Virus record (IMG/VR): IMGVR_UViG_3300032312_001958
Reading direction: 5' to 3' (one strand)
Origin: a virus
Taxonomy: Duplodnaviria; Caudoviricetes
Length of the DNA: 64,000 nt
A program made the translations under genes and the position numbers. Below are positions 9,022-18,234 of the stretch, piece by piece (within the stretch, counting starts at the first letter, position 1; the number at the start of each line of letters is the position of its first letter). The notes beneath the pieces were generated by a model. That model was given only the letters and a program-made list of their open reading frames with translations. It had not been told where the DNA came from and searched no databases.

Positions 9022-10601
9022 AAAATACAGATTTAAAAAAAATTGTTAGAAAAGTTTTATTAGAGGCGGTAGATACTTCATTGGTAAATAGAATAATTAA
9101 AAAATTAGATAGTTCTAGTTCTCAGTATAGTTGGACTCTTGGAGGAGGGACTGATGAGGATGCGTACGTTAGTGCGATACAAGAAATACCAAATTTTGAA
9201 ACTGCAAAGGCAATCAACGACAAATTTAATTTAAGAGATTCAATAGACGACGAATTTAATTTTGATAAAGATGATGATTGGGAGTATGTTAGTCAAATTT
9301 TTGACCACATGGAAAGTATTGGGGTTAAAGTGATAAATCCAACTAATCAGGATTCTTTTAATTTTGATTTTTCAAAAAATAGGTCTACTATAGGTGGAGG
9401 TGATTCCACTGACCAAGGTGGGGGACAAAAAACACCTGATAAAGAACAAGAGGTGGTTATTTCAAAAGGAAAATGTAAAGACGCCCCATCTCTTACTAGT
9501 ATATGTTCAGGTTCGGCTTATTTAAAGAGTTGTATGAAAGGTGTTAAAGGTTCTAAAGACGATGCCATATCTAAAGTACAAGAATTTTTAATAAGTAAAG
9601 GTTTTAAAAAAGTTTCAAAAACGGGAGAGGTAGATGCGATTTACGGTCCTTTAACTAAAGAAATGGTTAAACAATATCAAACATCTGTGAATATAAAGGC
9701 CGATGGAATTGCTGGTCCTCAAACTGTCTCAACTATGGGTATTTGTAAAGTTACTAATAATCAACAAGGTGGTACACTACCGGGACCGTCACTACCAGGA
9801 CCATCACTACCAGGACCATCATTACCAAGTCCTGACGGTAGTATACCTACAAAACCTGTTGATGACCCACTTGATGTTAAGGAAACAATATGTAGACCTG
9901 CAGATAAACAAGTTATTACGGCTTATAATTCAATAGTTGATAATATAAAATCTGAAGAACCTAATTTTTTGAGGAGGGAGTGTAGATTAGTAATTAATTA
10001 TCAAATGGAACAAAAAGAACATTGTGATAATTTAGAAGAAGTAATATGTTTTTGTGGGACTAAAGCCAGTTCAGGTGACGATGGGTATTCTTATTTGGGA
10101 GAAAGAAAAAAGTATTTGAAAAATTATGTTAAGACTTACTGTAAATCTGAATTTGTAAAAGATGATAATAAACCAATCACCGTAGATAAAAATAGACCAA
10201 TAATTCCCGGATGTCAAACACCTGGAAGTGTTATTGCAATTCTTCAACAGGAAGATGATAAATTAAGTAAAGAAGATTGTAAAATATTATTTAATGAAGC
10301 GGTTAATTGGTATAACTCATGGAAAAAATGTGAAAGAGGGAAAAACTCTCCAAATCCTGCATACAAAGACAAATGTTTTTCTTGTTTAAATAGATATAAT
10401 TTCAATTGGAAAGATTTAGGTAGTGGGGAAAATAAAGTTATGAAGATGTATAATTTTAATAAAAGAGAGATTAATAAAAAACAAAGAAGAGAACTTACAA
10501 GAATGGAATCAATTGAATCTTTAAACACTGCTCTTTTGTACATGAATTATGATATGAATAAAACTTTAACTGAAAATAAAAATATAATTTTAAAAAAATG
10601 A
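9018..10601 (+). CDS. Tagged multidomain protein: annexin-like GTDE motif, peptidoglycan-binding domain, PGPSL repeats, Cys-rich region
   Basis: GGGTDEDAYVSAI; VQEFL..GF..DAIYGPLT..VKQYQ..ADGIAGPQT (PG_binding_1 pattern). Confidence 0.75.
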   Translation: MKNTDLKKIVRKVLLEAVDTSLVNRIIKKLDSSSSQYSWTLGGGTDEDAYVSAIQEIPNFETAKAINDKFNLRDSIDDEFNFDKDDDWEYVSQIFDHMESIGVKVINPTNQDSFNFDFSKNRSTIGGGDSTDQGGGQKTPDKEQEVVISKGKCKDAPSLTSICSGSAYLKSCMKGVKGSKDDAISKVQEFLISKGFKKVSKTGEVDAIYGPLTKEMVKQYQTSVNIKADGIAGPQTVSTMGICKVTNNQQGGTLPGPSLPGPSLPGPSLPSPDGSIPTKPVDDPLDVKETICRPADKQVITAYNSIVDNIKSEEPNFLRRECRLVINYQMEQKEHCDNLEEVICFCGTKASSGDDGYSYLGERKKYLKNYVKTYCKSEFVKDDNKPITVDKNRPIIPGCQTPGSVIAILQQEDDKLSKEDCKILFNEAVNWYNSWKKCERGKNSPNPAYKDKCFSCLNRYNFNWKDLGSGENKVMKMYNFNKREINKKQRRELTRMESIESLNTALLYMNYDMNKTLTENKNIILKK

Positions 10602-11242
10602 CAAAGACTGAAAAAGAATTTAAAATAGTTTGTGAAAAATTCATACAATCCCCACCAAAATACAGGATGAAGATTGTGTTACCACAATTAATTGAATCTA
10701 TGAATCAAGTAAAACTTGAAAAGTTAAAAATGTTAAGTGAAGATAAAAGTTGGATTGATAGTATAGGTGACACAGTATCAGGTTGGTTTGGTGGTACTGG
10801 TATGAACACTATTTGGGAAAGAGTTATTGACGGTATTTTAGACGGAATGGGATTAGAAGAAGGTATAATGAGAGATACCGTATCTGTAGTTTTAGCGAAT
10901 GCTAAATGGAGTGAAATTCCAGGTATCCTTACTGACTGTGGTAAATTTAGTGATTTAGTTGTTGCTCAAATACCTGAAATTATTACAAAATATGTTGCAA
11001 GGCAATTTGTGGATGAAGACATTTTAACAGTTGCATTAAGAAAAACAATTGTTGACACTCTTGCAACTACTGAATTTGCTCAAAGTATGAAAGGTACCGT
11101 TAGAAAAATTGTTTGTGACGCAATGGGATGGTTAGGAGGATTATTCGGTGGTGGGATGACACAGGAAAAAATAGACCAACGTAAAAAAGAACTTCCCGCA
11201 TATAGTAGAGGGAAAGACACAAAACCAGTAGTATTTAAGTAA
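10598..11242 (+). CDS. Helical hypothetical protein with Gly-rich amphipathic segments
   Basis: ORF track; ATGA overlap; MLSE candidate cleavage site. Confidence 0.65.
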   Translation: MTKTEKEFKIVCEKFIQSPPKYRMKIVLPQLIESMNQVKLEKLKMLSEDKSWIDSIGDTVSGWFGGTGMNTIWERVIDGILDGMGLEEGIMRDTVSVVLANAKWSEIPGILTDCGKFSDLVVAQIPEIITKYVARQFVDEDILTVALRKTIVDTLATTEFAQSMKGTVRKIVCDAMGWLGGLFGGGMTQEKIDQRKKELPAYSRGKDTKPVVFK

Positions 11243-11313
11243 CTTAAAAAATTGATGAACTGAGAAGTTCTCAATATAAACCATATATTTCAAAGGGGGT
11301 ATTTAAATCTACG

Positions 11314-11339
11314 ATAAAGGTGACGAGAGTCACCTTTAT
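11314..11339. terminator. Bidirectional intrinsic terminator
   Basis: ataaaggtgac-GAGA-gtcacctttat between convergent genes. Confidence 0.8.
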
Positions 11340-11344
11340 TGTTT

Positions 11345-11833
11345 TTAAAAACTTTGTAAAAATTCTTCGTAAATTCTTTTTAATTTTTCAGTTGACGAAT
11401 CATAAAAGATATTAGGCTCGGAAGGGAGTGTTATCATTTTTAATCCTGATTCATGAAGTAGTTTATCACCTTTTTTTAAATTACACGGACTACAACAAGT
11501 CACAAGATTTGACCAAGTATTTCCACCACCTTTACTTTTTGGTAAAATGTGGTCAATTGTTAAATTTTTTTTACTTCCACAATAAACGCAAGTGTGTCCA
11601 TCTCGTCTCATAATTCTATGACGGTTAACTCTCATTTTTCTGAATTTGTATTTAACGTAATTATTTAAACGAATTATGATTGGTTTATTGATAATATATA
11701 AACCACAATAAATTAACTCATCAGAACTTTTAACCGCCTCAGCTTTACCTTTATATAATAAATTAAAACCTCTTTTAAAAGAAGTTATATTTATTGGGGT
11801 ATAATCTGAGTTTAAAACTAAAATTGAATTCAT
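11345..11833 (-). CDS. HNH endonuclease (McrA/HNH_5 type)
   Basis: LVLN..Y.P; RDGHTCVYCG..LTIDHILPKSKGG..W.NLV..C..CN..KGD; promoter TTTG-N18-TATATTTG at 11842-11871. Confidence 0.92.
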   Translation of the reverse strand: MNSILVLNSDYTPINITSFKRGFNLLYKGKAEAVKSSDELIYCGLYIINKPIIIRLNNYVKYKFRKMRVNRHRIMRRDGHTCVYCGSKKNLTIDHILPKSKGGGNTWSNLVTCCSPCNLKKGDKLLHESGLKMITLPSEPNIFYDSSTEKLKRIYEEFLQSF

Positions 11834-11899
11834 AATTGATACAAATATAAAAACAATATTTGATTTTCAAAATATACTTATCATTTATATTTATTTGAT

Positions 11900-12670
11900 A
11901 TGGATAAAAATAAATTAATTTCATTAGCCAATAGATTAGGAAAAACTATTCTAAAAAAATATTCAGGTAAAATGTTACCTGGTGATGCGTATAATGAACT
12001 AAGAAAGGATGAACAATATAGTTTTTTATTTAGACAACCAAATGGGGACATTGTTATTATCTGTTTTTTAGTTTCAATACCTGAACATCAAAGAGAATCT
12101 CAGTTTGATAATATAATATCAAATTTATTCACATTTACGTATTATACAATTGAAAGTGACGAGGTTGATGAGGAGTGTTCTGACTGTTACGGTAATGGGA
12201 CGGTCGATTGTAGTAATTGCGATGGTAATGGTAAGGTTGATTGTGATGAATGTGATGGTGATGGTGAAGATTCAGATGGTGATACTTGTGACAGATGTGA
12301 TGGTGAAGGTGATTTTCAATGTGACTATTGTGGTGGTAGTGGACAAGAGACTTGTGACAGATGTGAAGGCCAAGGATACATAAACATTGATGACACTTAT
12401 GAAATTGAACAGTATTATTGTGCGTCATACGACCCAAAAATATTTGAGATTTGCGAAATGTATGAGGAAGATGATGTTGTAACATCAGGAGATATTAATA
12501 CTATTGAGAATAGAAAAAAAACAATAGTATTATACACCGATACGAGAAATATTGTGGAAAACAGTGAGTTATATCGTAACGATATTCATTTTTATGAATA
12601 TAACAGGACTCCTGAATTTTATGGTAATGGTAACTATATTTCTGACACCCACATTAATGATAAAGATTAA
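11900..12670 (+). CDS. Protein with DnaJ-type CxxCxGxG zinc-finger repeats and no J domain
   Basis: Six CxxCxGxG units; no HPD motif. Confidence 0.8.
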   Translation: MDKNKLISLANRLGKTILKKYSGKMLPGDAYNELRKDEQYSFLFRQPNGDIVIICFLVSIPEHQRESQFDNIISNLFTFTYYTIESDEVDEECSDCYGNGTVDCSNCDGNGKVDCDECDGDGEDSDGDTCDRCDGEGDFQCDYCGGSGQETCDRCEGQGYINIDDTYEIEQYYCASYDPKIFEICEMYEEDDVVTSGDINTIENRKKTIVLYTDTRNIVENSELYRNDIHFYEYNRTPEFYGNGNYISDTHINDKD

Positions 12671-12696
12671 AAAAAGAGGACTTTGTCCTCTTTTTT
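12669..12696. terminator. Bidirectional terminator
   Basis: aaaaaagaggac-ttt-gtcctctttttt. Confidence 0.85.
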
Positions 12697-12700
12697 GTTA

Positions 12701-12775
12701 TGGTACCCCCGTCTGGACTCGAACCAGAAATAACTGCTTAGAAGGCAGTGGGTATATCCCTTTACCTACAGGGGC
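12701..12775 (-). tRNA. tRNA-Arg(UCU) with encoded CCA
   Basis: GCCCCTG/CGGGGGT acceptor, ACTGC-CT-TCT-AA-GCAGT anticodon arm, TCTGG-TTCGAGT-CCAGA T arm, ACCA end. Confidence 0.95.
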
Positions 12776-12788
12776 GATTTTATTAATA

Positions 12789-12819
12789 CAAATATAAATA
12801 AAAAAATATAAGTATCAAA
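12789..12819 (-). promoter_or_regulatory. Overlapping host-type (TTTG-N19-TATATTTG) and TATTTAT promoter elements upstream of the tRNA
   Basis: Minus strand tttgatac...TATTTATATTTG. Confidence 0.6.
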
Positions 12820-12988
12820 TTTTTTTAATAGTATACCTATGTCCCGAATCTGAATTCATCTGAAGAATGTTTTTAAAATCTTCAGCTTGTTCACTCGAAT
12901 TAAATTCAAGAACTTCATCCTGAGAATTTAAAATTATTACAGGTAATTCTTTTTTATCAACTTTGATATATTTTACTATACAATACAT
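12815..12988 (-). CDS. 57-aa hypothetical protein (absent from ORF track)
   Basis: Manual translation MYCIVKYIKVDKKELPVIILNSQDEVLEFNS...; fills a gap in a co-directional operon. Confidence 0.65.
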   Translation of the reverse strand: MYCIVKYIKVDKKELPVIILNSQDEVLEFNSSEQAEDFKNILQMNSDSGHRYTIKKI

Positions 12989-12990
12989 AT

Positions 12991-13182
12991 TTAAAAATGT
13001 GTTCCGCTATAATTGTCCCATGGACAAGGGTCCACAGATATTTTTAATTTAGATTTTTTAATAATTTGAATATCTTTATCTTTTAAAAAATCAGAATCAT
13101 TTTTAAAATCTTTCCAAGTATCAAAATCTTTTAAAGATTCTAACACCTCAACAGGTAAAATAACATATTCAGTACTATTCAT
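12991..13182 (-). CDS. Small hypothetical protein
   Basis: ORF track; operon context. Confidence 0.6.
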   Translation of the reverse strand: MNSTEYVILPVEVLESLKDFDTWKDFKNDSDFLKDKDIQIIKKSKLKISVDPCPWDNYSGTHF

Positions 13183-13186
13183 AATT

Positions 13187-13360
13187 CTATCTTGATGGTA
13201 GTATTATCCACATCACAATATAAATAGTAACAACTGGAATACTTGTAGAAAATAACAAATATAAAAAAATTAATCTTACAATAAATGAGGGTATACCAAA
13301 TTTCTCAGAAATTCCTGAACAAATCCCTCCTAATATTTTTCCATATGATGAACGATACAT
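13187..13360 (-). CDS. pspC: PspC-domain membrane protein (absent from ORF track)
   Basis: MYRSSYGKILGGICSGISEKFGIPSFIVRLIF..IYIVMWIILP; TAACTTTG promoter at 13365-13372. Confidence 0.85.
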   Translation of the reverse strand: MYRSSYGKILGGICSGISEKFGIPSFIVRLIFLYLLFSTSIPVVTIYIVMWIILPSR

Positions 13361-13424
13361 ATTACAAAGTTACAAAAAAAAATGAAATACACAACATTTA
13401 TAATGAATAATATATTTATAATAT

Positions 13425-14645
13425 ATGAAATTCAACCAAGTTACAAATGCGGGTGATAAAAAAATTACCAGAGGATATGGTATGAAAATGCACCCTATTC
13501 ATAAAAGAATGAGAATGCACCATGGAATTGACATTCCAGTATCGACAGGTCATGACATTTATGCAATTGCGGATGGTGTAATTATCGATAGTGAAATTAG
13601 AGGAGACGCTTGTGGAGGTACTATAAAAGTTTCTCACGGAGTTGTAAACGGTAAAAAATTATACACTAGATTTTGTCACTGTAGTAAACTTTTAAAAAAC
13701 AAAGGTGACATTGTTAAAAAAGGAGATGTCATTGCAAAATCAGGTGGAGGTAAAGGTGACCCAGGCCGAGGTGGGTCCACGGGTCCACATATTCATTTTG
13801 AAGTTTACGAAAATGGAAGTACTGTTAACCCAATGCCTTATTATAAAAATTCTGTAGGTGGGGAACAAACTGAGTTACCGAGTGAAGTTGATTTGGACAA
13901 ATATAAAGATGAGTTAGATATGGACACAGGTGATACAAAAAAAACATCAAGACAAGTTGCTAAAGATTTAATAAAAAAATTATTTGGAATAGATAAAAAT
14001 TCGTCTATTGAAAATGAGGTTGTAAATGAAATATTTAGAGTTAGAGAAATTATAGAAGAGCAAATTCCGACTTTTAACATTAACACAGGTAGTAATAATA
14101 ATAATAATAATAATGACGGTAAAACTTGCGGACCGTATGACCCTAATTCACTACCCGTTAAACCATGTACTTCAAGAGTTGCAAATGGTAACGTGATTAC
14201 ATATACAGGGTCAGATGTTATTGCTCAAGACACTGGCACTATTACGGGTGTCACTAAAGGAAGTTATACTCAGGCAATAAAAATTGGTAATACCGCTTAT
14301 TATTGGAATGGTAGCTTAGATAAACAAATGGGTGTTAATATAAATAAGGGTGATAAATTAGGTATGACAGGGTCAGATAAAAAATTAATTACCCAACCTT
14401 ATAGTTCACAAACTCCAAATAAGACTCAAACTTCTACTCCTTCTAAAAATGATGGAAAGACAGTAAATCCTTTATCTCAAACCTCAAGTGACTCTAGAGG
14501 TCAGGCTAAAGATTACGTTAAAAATATTATTAACACATTAACAGGTACTCAAACACAAGCCCCAACTACAAAAACGGAATCAATTGAAAAATTAAAACCT
14601 TTAATTGAAAACGAATTAAAAAGTTTTAAAAAATTTATAAAATGA
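13425..14645 (+). CDS. M23 family metallopeptidase followed by tags and a degenerate M23-like domain
   Basis: HHGID (HxxxD), TRFCH, GGSTGPHIHFEV..NP (HxH). Confidence 0.88.
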   Translation: MKFNQVTNAGDKKITRGYGMKMHPIHKRMRMHHGIDIPVSTGHDIYAIADGVIIDSEIRGDACGGTIKVSHGVVNGKKLYTRFCHCSKLLKNKGDIVKKGDVIAKSGGGKGDPGRGGSTGPHIHFEVYENGSTVNPMPYYKNSVGGEQTELPSEVDLDKYKDELDMDTGDTKKTSRQVAKDLIKKLFGIDKNSSIENEVVNEIFRVREIIEEQIPTFNINTGSNNNNNNNDGKTCGPYDPNSLPVKPCTSRVANGNVITYTGSDVIAQDTGTITGVTKGSYTQAIKIGNTAYYWNGSLDKQMGVNINKGDKLGMTGSDKKLITQPYSSQTPNKTQTSTPSKNDGKTVNPLSQTSSDSRGQAKDYVKNIINTLTGTQTQAPTTKTESIEKLKPLIENELKSFKKFIK

Positions 14646-15379
14646 CAGGTAATTACAAAGTTAAAGCCCCGATAGGAGGTGTGGGAATTAGACAAAAGGA
14701 TACTTCAGATAAAGGAATTTTATTTGAGGTTACGGATGGTAATGATTATTCAGTGTACCCATGTTTACCTGGTATTGTGTCAAAAATTGACGATGAAGAA
14801 GTAACAATTAAACATAAAGATTATGTTGGTAAAGACTTTATTTCAATATATGAGATTGATGGTAAAATTAAAGTAAAAGAAAAACAAGAAGTTACTCAGT
14901 CAACTGTAATTGGTAAAACTGATGAAGAAGTAATTTTTAAAGTTAAAGATGGTGGTTCATATACTAGTGCTAAAGATTTCATAGGTAAAGAATTTGGTAA
15001 GGCAAAAGAAACTACATTAACATCAAAACAAAAGGCAAGATGTATTGCTCGAAGTATTGTTGGATTACCGGCTAAAGCCTTTGGTGTTGACGAATACGAC
15101 CCATGCGCTGAGTTTTACGGGGAAAAATCTAAGAAACCATCTGAACCAGTTGATACTGAAATAAAAAAAGATAAGAAAAATAATAATGGGGACAATGATG
15201 GGAGAGAAAAATATAAAGATATTGACCCAAATAAATCATTACCTGACGAGACAGGTGGAGAAGAGGAAGAAGATGAACCAACTTTATTAGATAGAGGAGT
15301 TAAATTGATTGGGTCGGTTACAGAGTCTAAAGAATTAAATGAAGAGATATCAAGGATAAAAGAATTATTAAGACTATAA
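14642..15379 (+). CDS. Degenerate, probably inactive M23-like domain protein with C-terminal tag
   Basis: VYPCLPGIV..VTIKH..SIY..VKEKQEV...IGK without Zn ligands; ends LNEEISRIKELLRL. Confidence 0.6.
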   Translation: MTGNYKVKAPIGGVGIRQKDTSDKGILFEVTDGNDYSVYPCLPGIVSKIDDEEVTIKHKDYVGKDFISIYEIDGKIKVKEKQEVTQSTVIGKTDEEVIFKVKDGGSYTSAKDFIGKEFGKAKETTLTSKQKARCIARSIVGLPAKAFGVDEYDPCAEFYGEKSKKPSEPVDTEIKKDKKNNNGDNDGREKYKDIDPNKSLPDETGGEEEEDEPTLLDRGVKLIGSVTESKELNEEISRIKELLRL

Positions 15380-15385
15380 TTTGTT

Positions 15386-15790
15386 ATGTTTGATAAAGAA
15401 CAAATAAAAAGACTTAAAGAATTATTGTCTCAAATGGGATTTGGTAATGAGGATATTAAATCAGAGATGAGATATTTAAAAAAACATTTATAAAATTTAC
15501 CTGAAGAAATTATATTATATAGAATTATAAGTGTTGATAACAAAGAAGATATTAATACTAAATTACCTGGGTCTCACTACAGTCATTCTAAAAAAGATTT
15601 AATTAGTTCTCATAATTTTACCACAGGGTATGGTGAAAAAAAATTCTTAATAACCGTAAAGGCTAAAAGAAATCAGATTGATTTTTTTTCAACACTTGAA
15701 AATAATATATTGTATCCTAACGAACAAGAAATTACCTTAAAAAATAAAGGTAAGGGTGTTGAGATAACGTCTATAAAAGAAATAAAATAA
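15386..15790 (+). pseudogene. R-S-E-type ADP-ribosyltransferase-like gene interrupted by an in-frame TAA at 15491-15493
   Basis: Manual translation MFDKEQIKRLKELL...KKHL*NLPEEIILYRII...GSHYS...YPNEQEITLK; 135 codons in one frame. Confidence 0.6.
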
Positions 15791-15810
15791 AGGGACCTAA
15801 GTCCCTTTAT
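15787..15810. terminator. Bidirectional terminator between the ART-like gene and tmRNA
   Basis: ataaagggac-ctaa-gtccctttat. Confidence 0.85.
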
Positions 15811-15814
15811 TATT

Positions 15815-16207
15815 TGGTGGAGATGCCGGGGGTCGAACCCGGGTCCAAATAAGTAAGACATAAAACACTACACGTTTAGGTCATTGTTTTTCTAAACAAT
15901 CCGAAACTTCACAATTCCCTTATTTTATAGTGGTTCGGTTTACTGAGAACTAATCCTCCACTTCGTTTCTTTTTGGGTAGAAACCACACCACAACTACGA
16001 CTTCTGTTGCAAGGTTGTATGTCTGCCGACCCCTAGTAGGTTAATTCTAAATTAAGCTACAGATACTTCTTCAGTACGGATTAAACCGATTGTAGAAAGT
16101 TTGTTGATAACGTTGCCGTTTATAATTTGAATCAGTTTAACGGAGTTAACTCAGCTCCGACGTGCGTTTTATGGCGTATCATACCTGTCAAAGCCAAAAA
16201 CATCCCC
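15815..16207 (-). ncRNA. ssrA: tmRNA; predicted tag (A)GNVINKLSTIGLIRTEEVSVA at 16117-16052
   Basis: 5' GGGGATG..GGCTTTGAC pairs with 3' CATCTCCACCA including a G3.U pair; T arm CCGGG-TTCGACC-CCCGG; 393 nt; ATAAAC-GGC resume context. Confidence 0.93.
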
Positions 16208-16276
16208 ATAAATCAAAGAACTATTGTGTAAAGATATAAATATATTCTTACTTATACAAGTATTTATTAAAAAAAT

Positions 16277-17359
16277 ATGAAACTTTACGAAGCATTAAAA
16301 AAATTTATTCAGGGTACGGCCGATGAATGGGACGTAAGGAGGAGTGATGATAACACTAGAATAGGTAGAGTGAATCAAAATAGTTTAGGTAAATCGTTAG
16401 TTACATTAACATTTTATGAAGAGGAATTTGCAAAAATTTTTTTGGGGGACAATTCCGAATCTGATAATAACTCCTATTATTTCAATGTAGCATTTAATAG
16501 AAGGGGATATTATGGAGGTTCAGTATTTGTCGACGCTCATTATTTTGGGGATGATGAGTGGAAATATGGCGCCTGTTGGTGGTATTTTAATGAAGATAAC
16601 AGAAATTTATTTTTATCAATTTTAAAAATACTTAATCCGGGATTAGTTGAACTAGATGATAATGGAAAACCTGATGACGAGGCGTTTCAATTTTTACTAA
16701 ATAAATATACTGATGAAATTGAACAAATTAATTACGAATACGCTGAACTTTATGATGAGGCATTAGTTGTTGGTTTAAGGGAGTATGTTTTAAAAAAAAC
16801 TTGTGATGTATTTTCAGAATTTGGAATTTATGAGAAAGATTGTGCCCGTCAATACTTAACAACAGTTTCGGTATTAATGTCTTTATGGAAAATGACTGGT
16901 ACTGATGAAGACTCAAATGTTTTAGATTTATTACATAATTTAGCAATACAAAGAAATTTAATAATTGATGAAGATTTATATGAAGATTATTACTCATATT
17001 TTGACGAAAAAAACTTTGACTCAGAATCATTTAATAGAACTGTAGAAAGACAATTAGAAAAAATAAAAGACAAAATTGATGAGGAAATAGATGAAGGTAC
17101 ATTACAAGATAGTATTAAAATACATAATCAATTATCAAAATTAGGTTATAAGTTTGGTAGGTGGTATAGTTTACCTGACCAAAAACATTTTAATAAAATT
17201 GGAAAAAAGAACGAAAAATTTAAGTTACTTAACGTAATTGGGGGAAAAATAGTATTCAATAGGTTAAATCCTGACAATGGAATAGCACAGTCCGCAATGG
17301 GACCCGAAGATTTTTTTAATTATTTATACCATCCAGAATTGTTTGAATCAAAAAAATGA
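16277..17359 (+). CDS. Acidic, aromatic-rich hypothetical protein
   Basis: 360-aa ORF, TATTTAT 9 nt upstream. Confidence 0.7.
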   Translation: MKLYEALKKFIQGTADEWDVRRSDDNTRIGRVNQNSLGKSLVTLTFYEEEFAKIFLGDNSESDNNSYYFNVAFNRRGYYGGSVFVDAHYFGDDEWKYGACWWYFNEDNRNLFLSILKILNPGLVELDDNGKPDDEAFQFLLNKYTDEIEQINYEYAELYDEALVVGLREYVLKKTCDVFSEFGIYEKDCARQYLTTVSVLMSLWKMTGTDEDSNVLDLLHNLAIQRNLIIDEDLYEDYYSYFDEKNFDSESFNRTVERQLEKIKDKIDEEIDEGTLQDSIKIHNQLSKLGYKFGRWYSLPDQKHFNKIGKKNEKFKLLNVIGGKIVFNRLNPDNGIAQSAMGPEDFFNYLYHPELFESKK

Positions 17360-17373
17360 TTATCTTTGTCCTT

Positions 17374-18204
17374 ATGGATAAAAATATAGAATTTCTTAAA
17401 ACAGTATTATCAATTCCAACTCACACTTATCATGAAGATAGGATGATTGATTTTTTAATTGATTATTTAAGTGAAAAAAAATACCCTTTTAAAATTGATG
17501 AGTTGGGTAATATATACGTAACAAAAGGACTAATTTCAGAAAACGAATTTTATCCTTGTGTCGTTGCTCATACTGATACTGTACACCCTATTGACACTAT
17601 CAATATTAGAGAAGAACAACGTAAAGATTCCAAAGGGAATTTAAATTTTAGTTTGAAAGCTTATAATGATGAAGGAGAACCTACAGGGATTGGGGGTGAT
17701 GATAAATGTGGAGTATTTGCTTGTTTACAACTTTTAGAAGAATTTGAAGTTTTAAAAGTCGCATTTTTTGTGTCTGAAGAAGTTGGTTGTATTGGCTCAA
17801 AACAGGCTGACCCTGTATTTTTTAATGATGTAGGGTACGCAATTCAATTCGATGCTCCTGATGATTATATGGTTACAGAATATTGTTTTGGTGTAAAAAT
17901 GTTTGAAACTGATTCTCCGTTTCATACTACAGCTAAAACAGTATTAACTGAAAACATGTTATCAGAACCAAGATTTATGCAACATCCTTATACAGATATT
18001 TGGCAATTAAAACAAAAATTTGATTTTTCATGTATCAATCTTTCTGTTGGTTATCACTCGTACCATACAAAACACGAATATGTGGTTGTAGATGAAGTTT
18101 TTGCAGGTATTGAATCAGGTAAAAAATTAATTCAAGAGTTGGGAAATACAAAATATGTTTATAAACATATTCCTCGAGACTTAACAAAAGGATTTTTTAA
18201 TTAA
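17374..18204 (+). CDS. M20/M28/M42-clan zinc peptidase
   Basis: GNIYV.KG, VAHTDTV, GGDDKCG, SEEVGCIGS, QFD, GYHSYHT..E; TATCTTTG promoter at 17361-17368. Confidence 0.88.
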   Translation: MDKNIEFLKTVLSIPTHTYHEDRMIDFLIDYLSEKKYPFKIDELGNIYVTKGLISENEFYPCVVAHTDTVHPIDTINIREEQRKDSKGNLNFSLKAYNDEGEPTGIGGDDKCGVFACLQLLEEFEVLKVAFFVSEEVGCIGSKQADPVFFNDVGYAIQFDAPDDYMVTEYCFGVKMFETDSPFHTTAKTVLTENMLSEPRFMQHPYTDIWQLKQKFDFSCINLSVGYHSYHTKHEYVVVDEVFAGIESGKKLIQELGNTKYVYKHIPRDLTKGFFN

Positions 18205-18207
18205 AAT

Positions 18208-18234
18208 AAAAAAGGGGGTTTATTCCCCCTTTTT
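18208..18234. terminator. Terminator hairpin overlapping the clpC stop codon
   Basis: aaaaaggggg-tttatt-cccccttttt. Confidence 0.7.

Noticed and set aside
11251-11275. Hammerhead ribozyme suggested by TGATGA plus a stem
   Set aside because: Lacks the CUGAUGA and GAAA core arrangement
11345-11833. HNH gene as an intron-encoded or mobile homing endonuclease
   Set aside because: Free-standing with its own promoter and terminator; no split host gene or intron structure seen
12552-12797. 81-aa plus-strand ORF
   Set aside because: Spans a terminator and the antisense of tRNA-Arg
15491-15493. Stop-codon recoding (alternative genetic code)
   Set aside because: The interrupting codon is TAA, the main stop here; TAG and TGA also end genes normally and core genes are intact in the standard code
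15673-15861. 62-aa minus-strand ORF
   Set aside because: Overlaps the tmRNA 3' end, the terminator and the antisense of the ART-like frame
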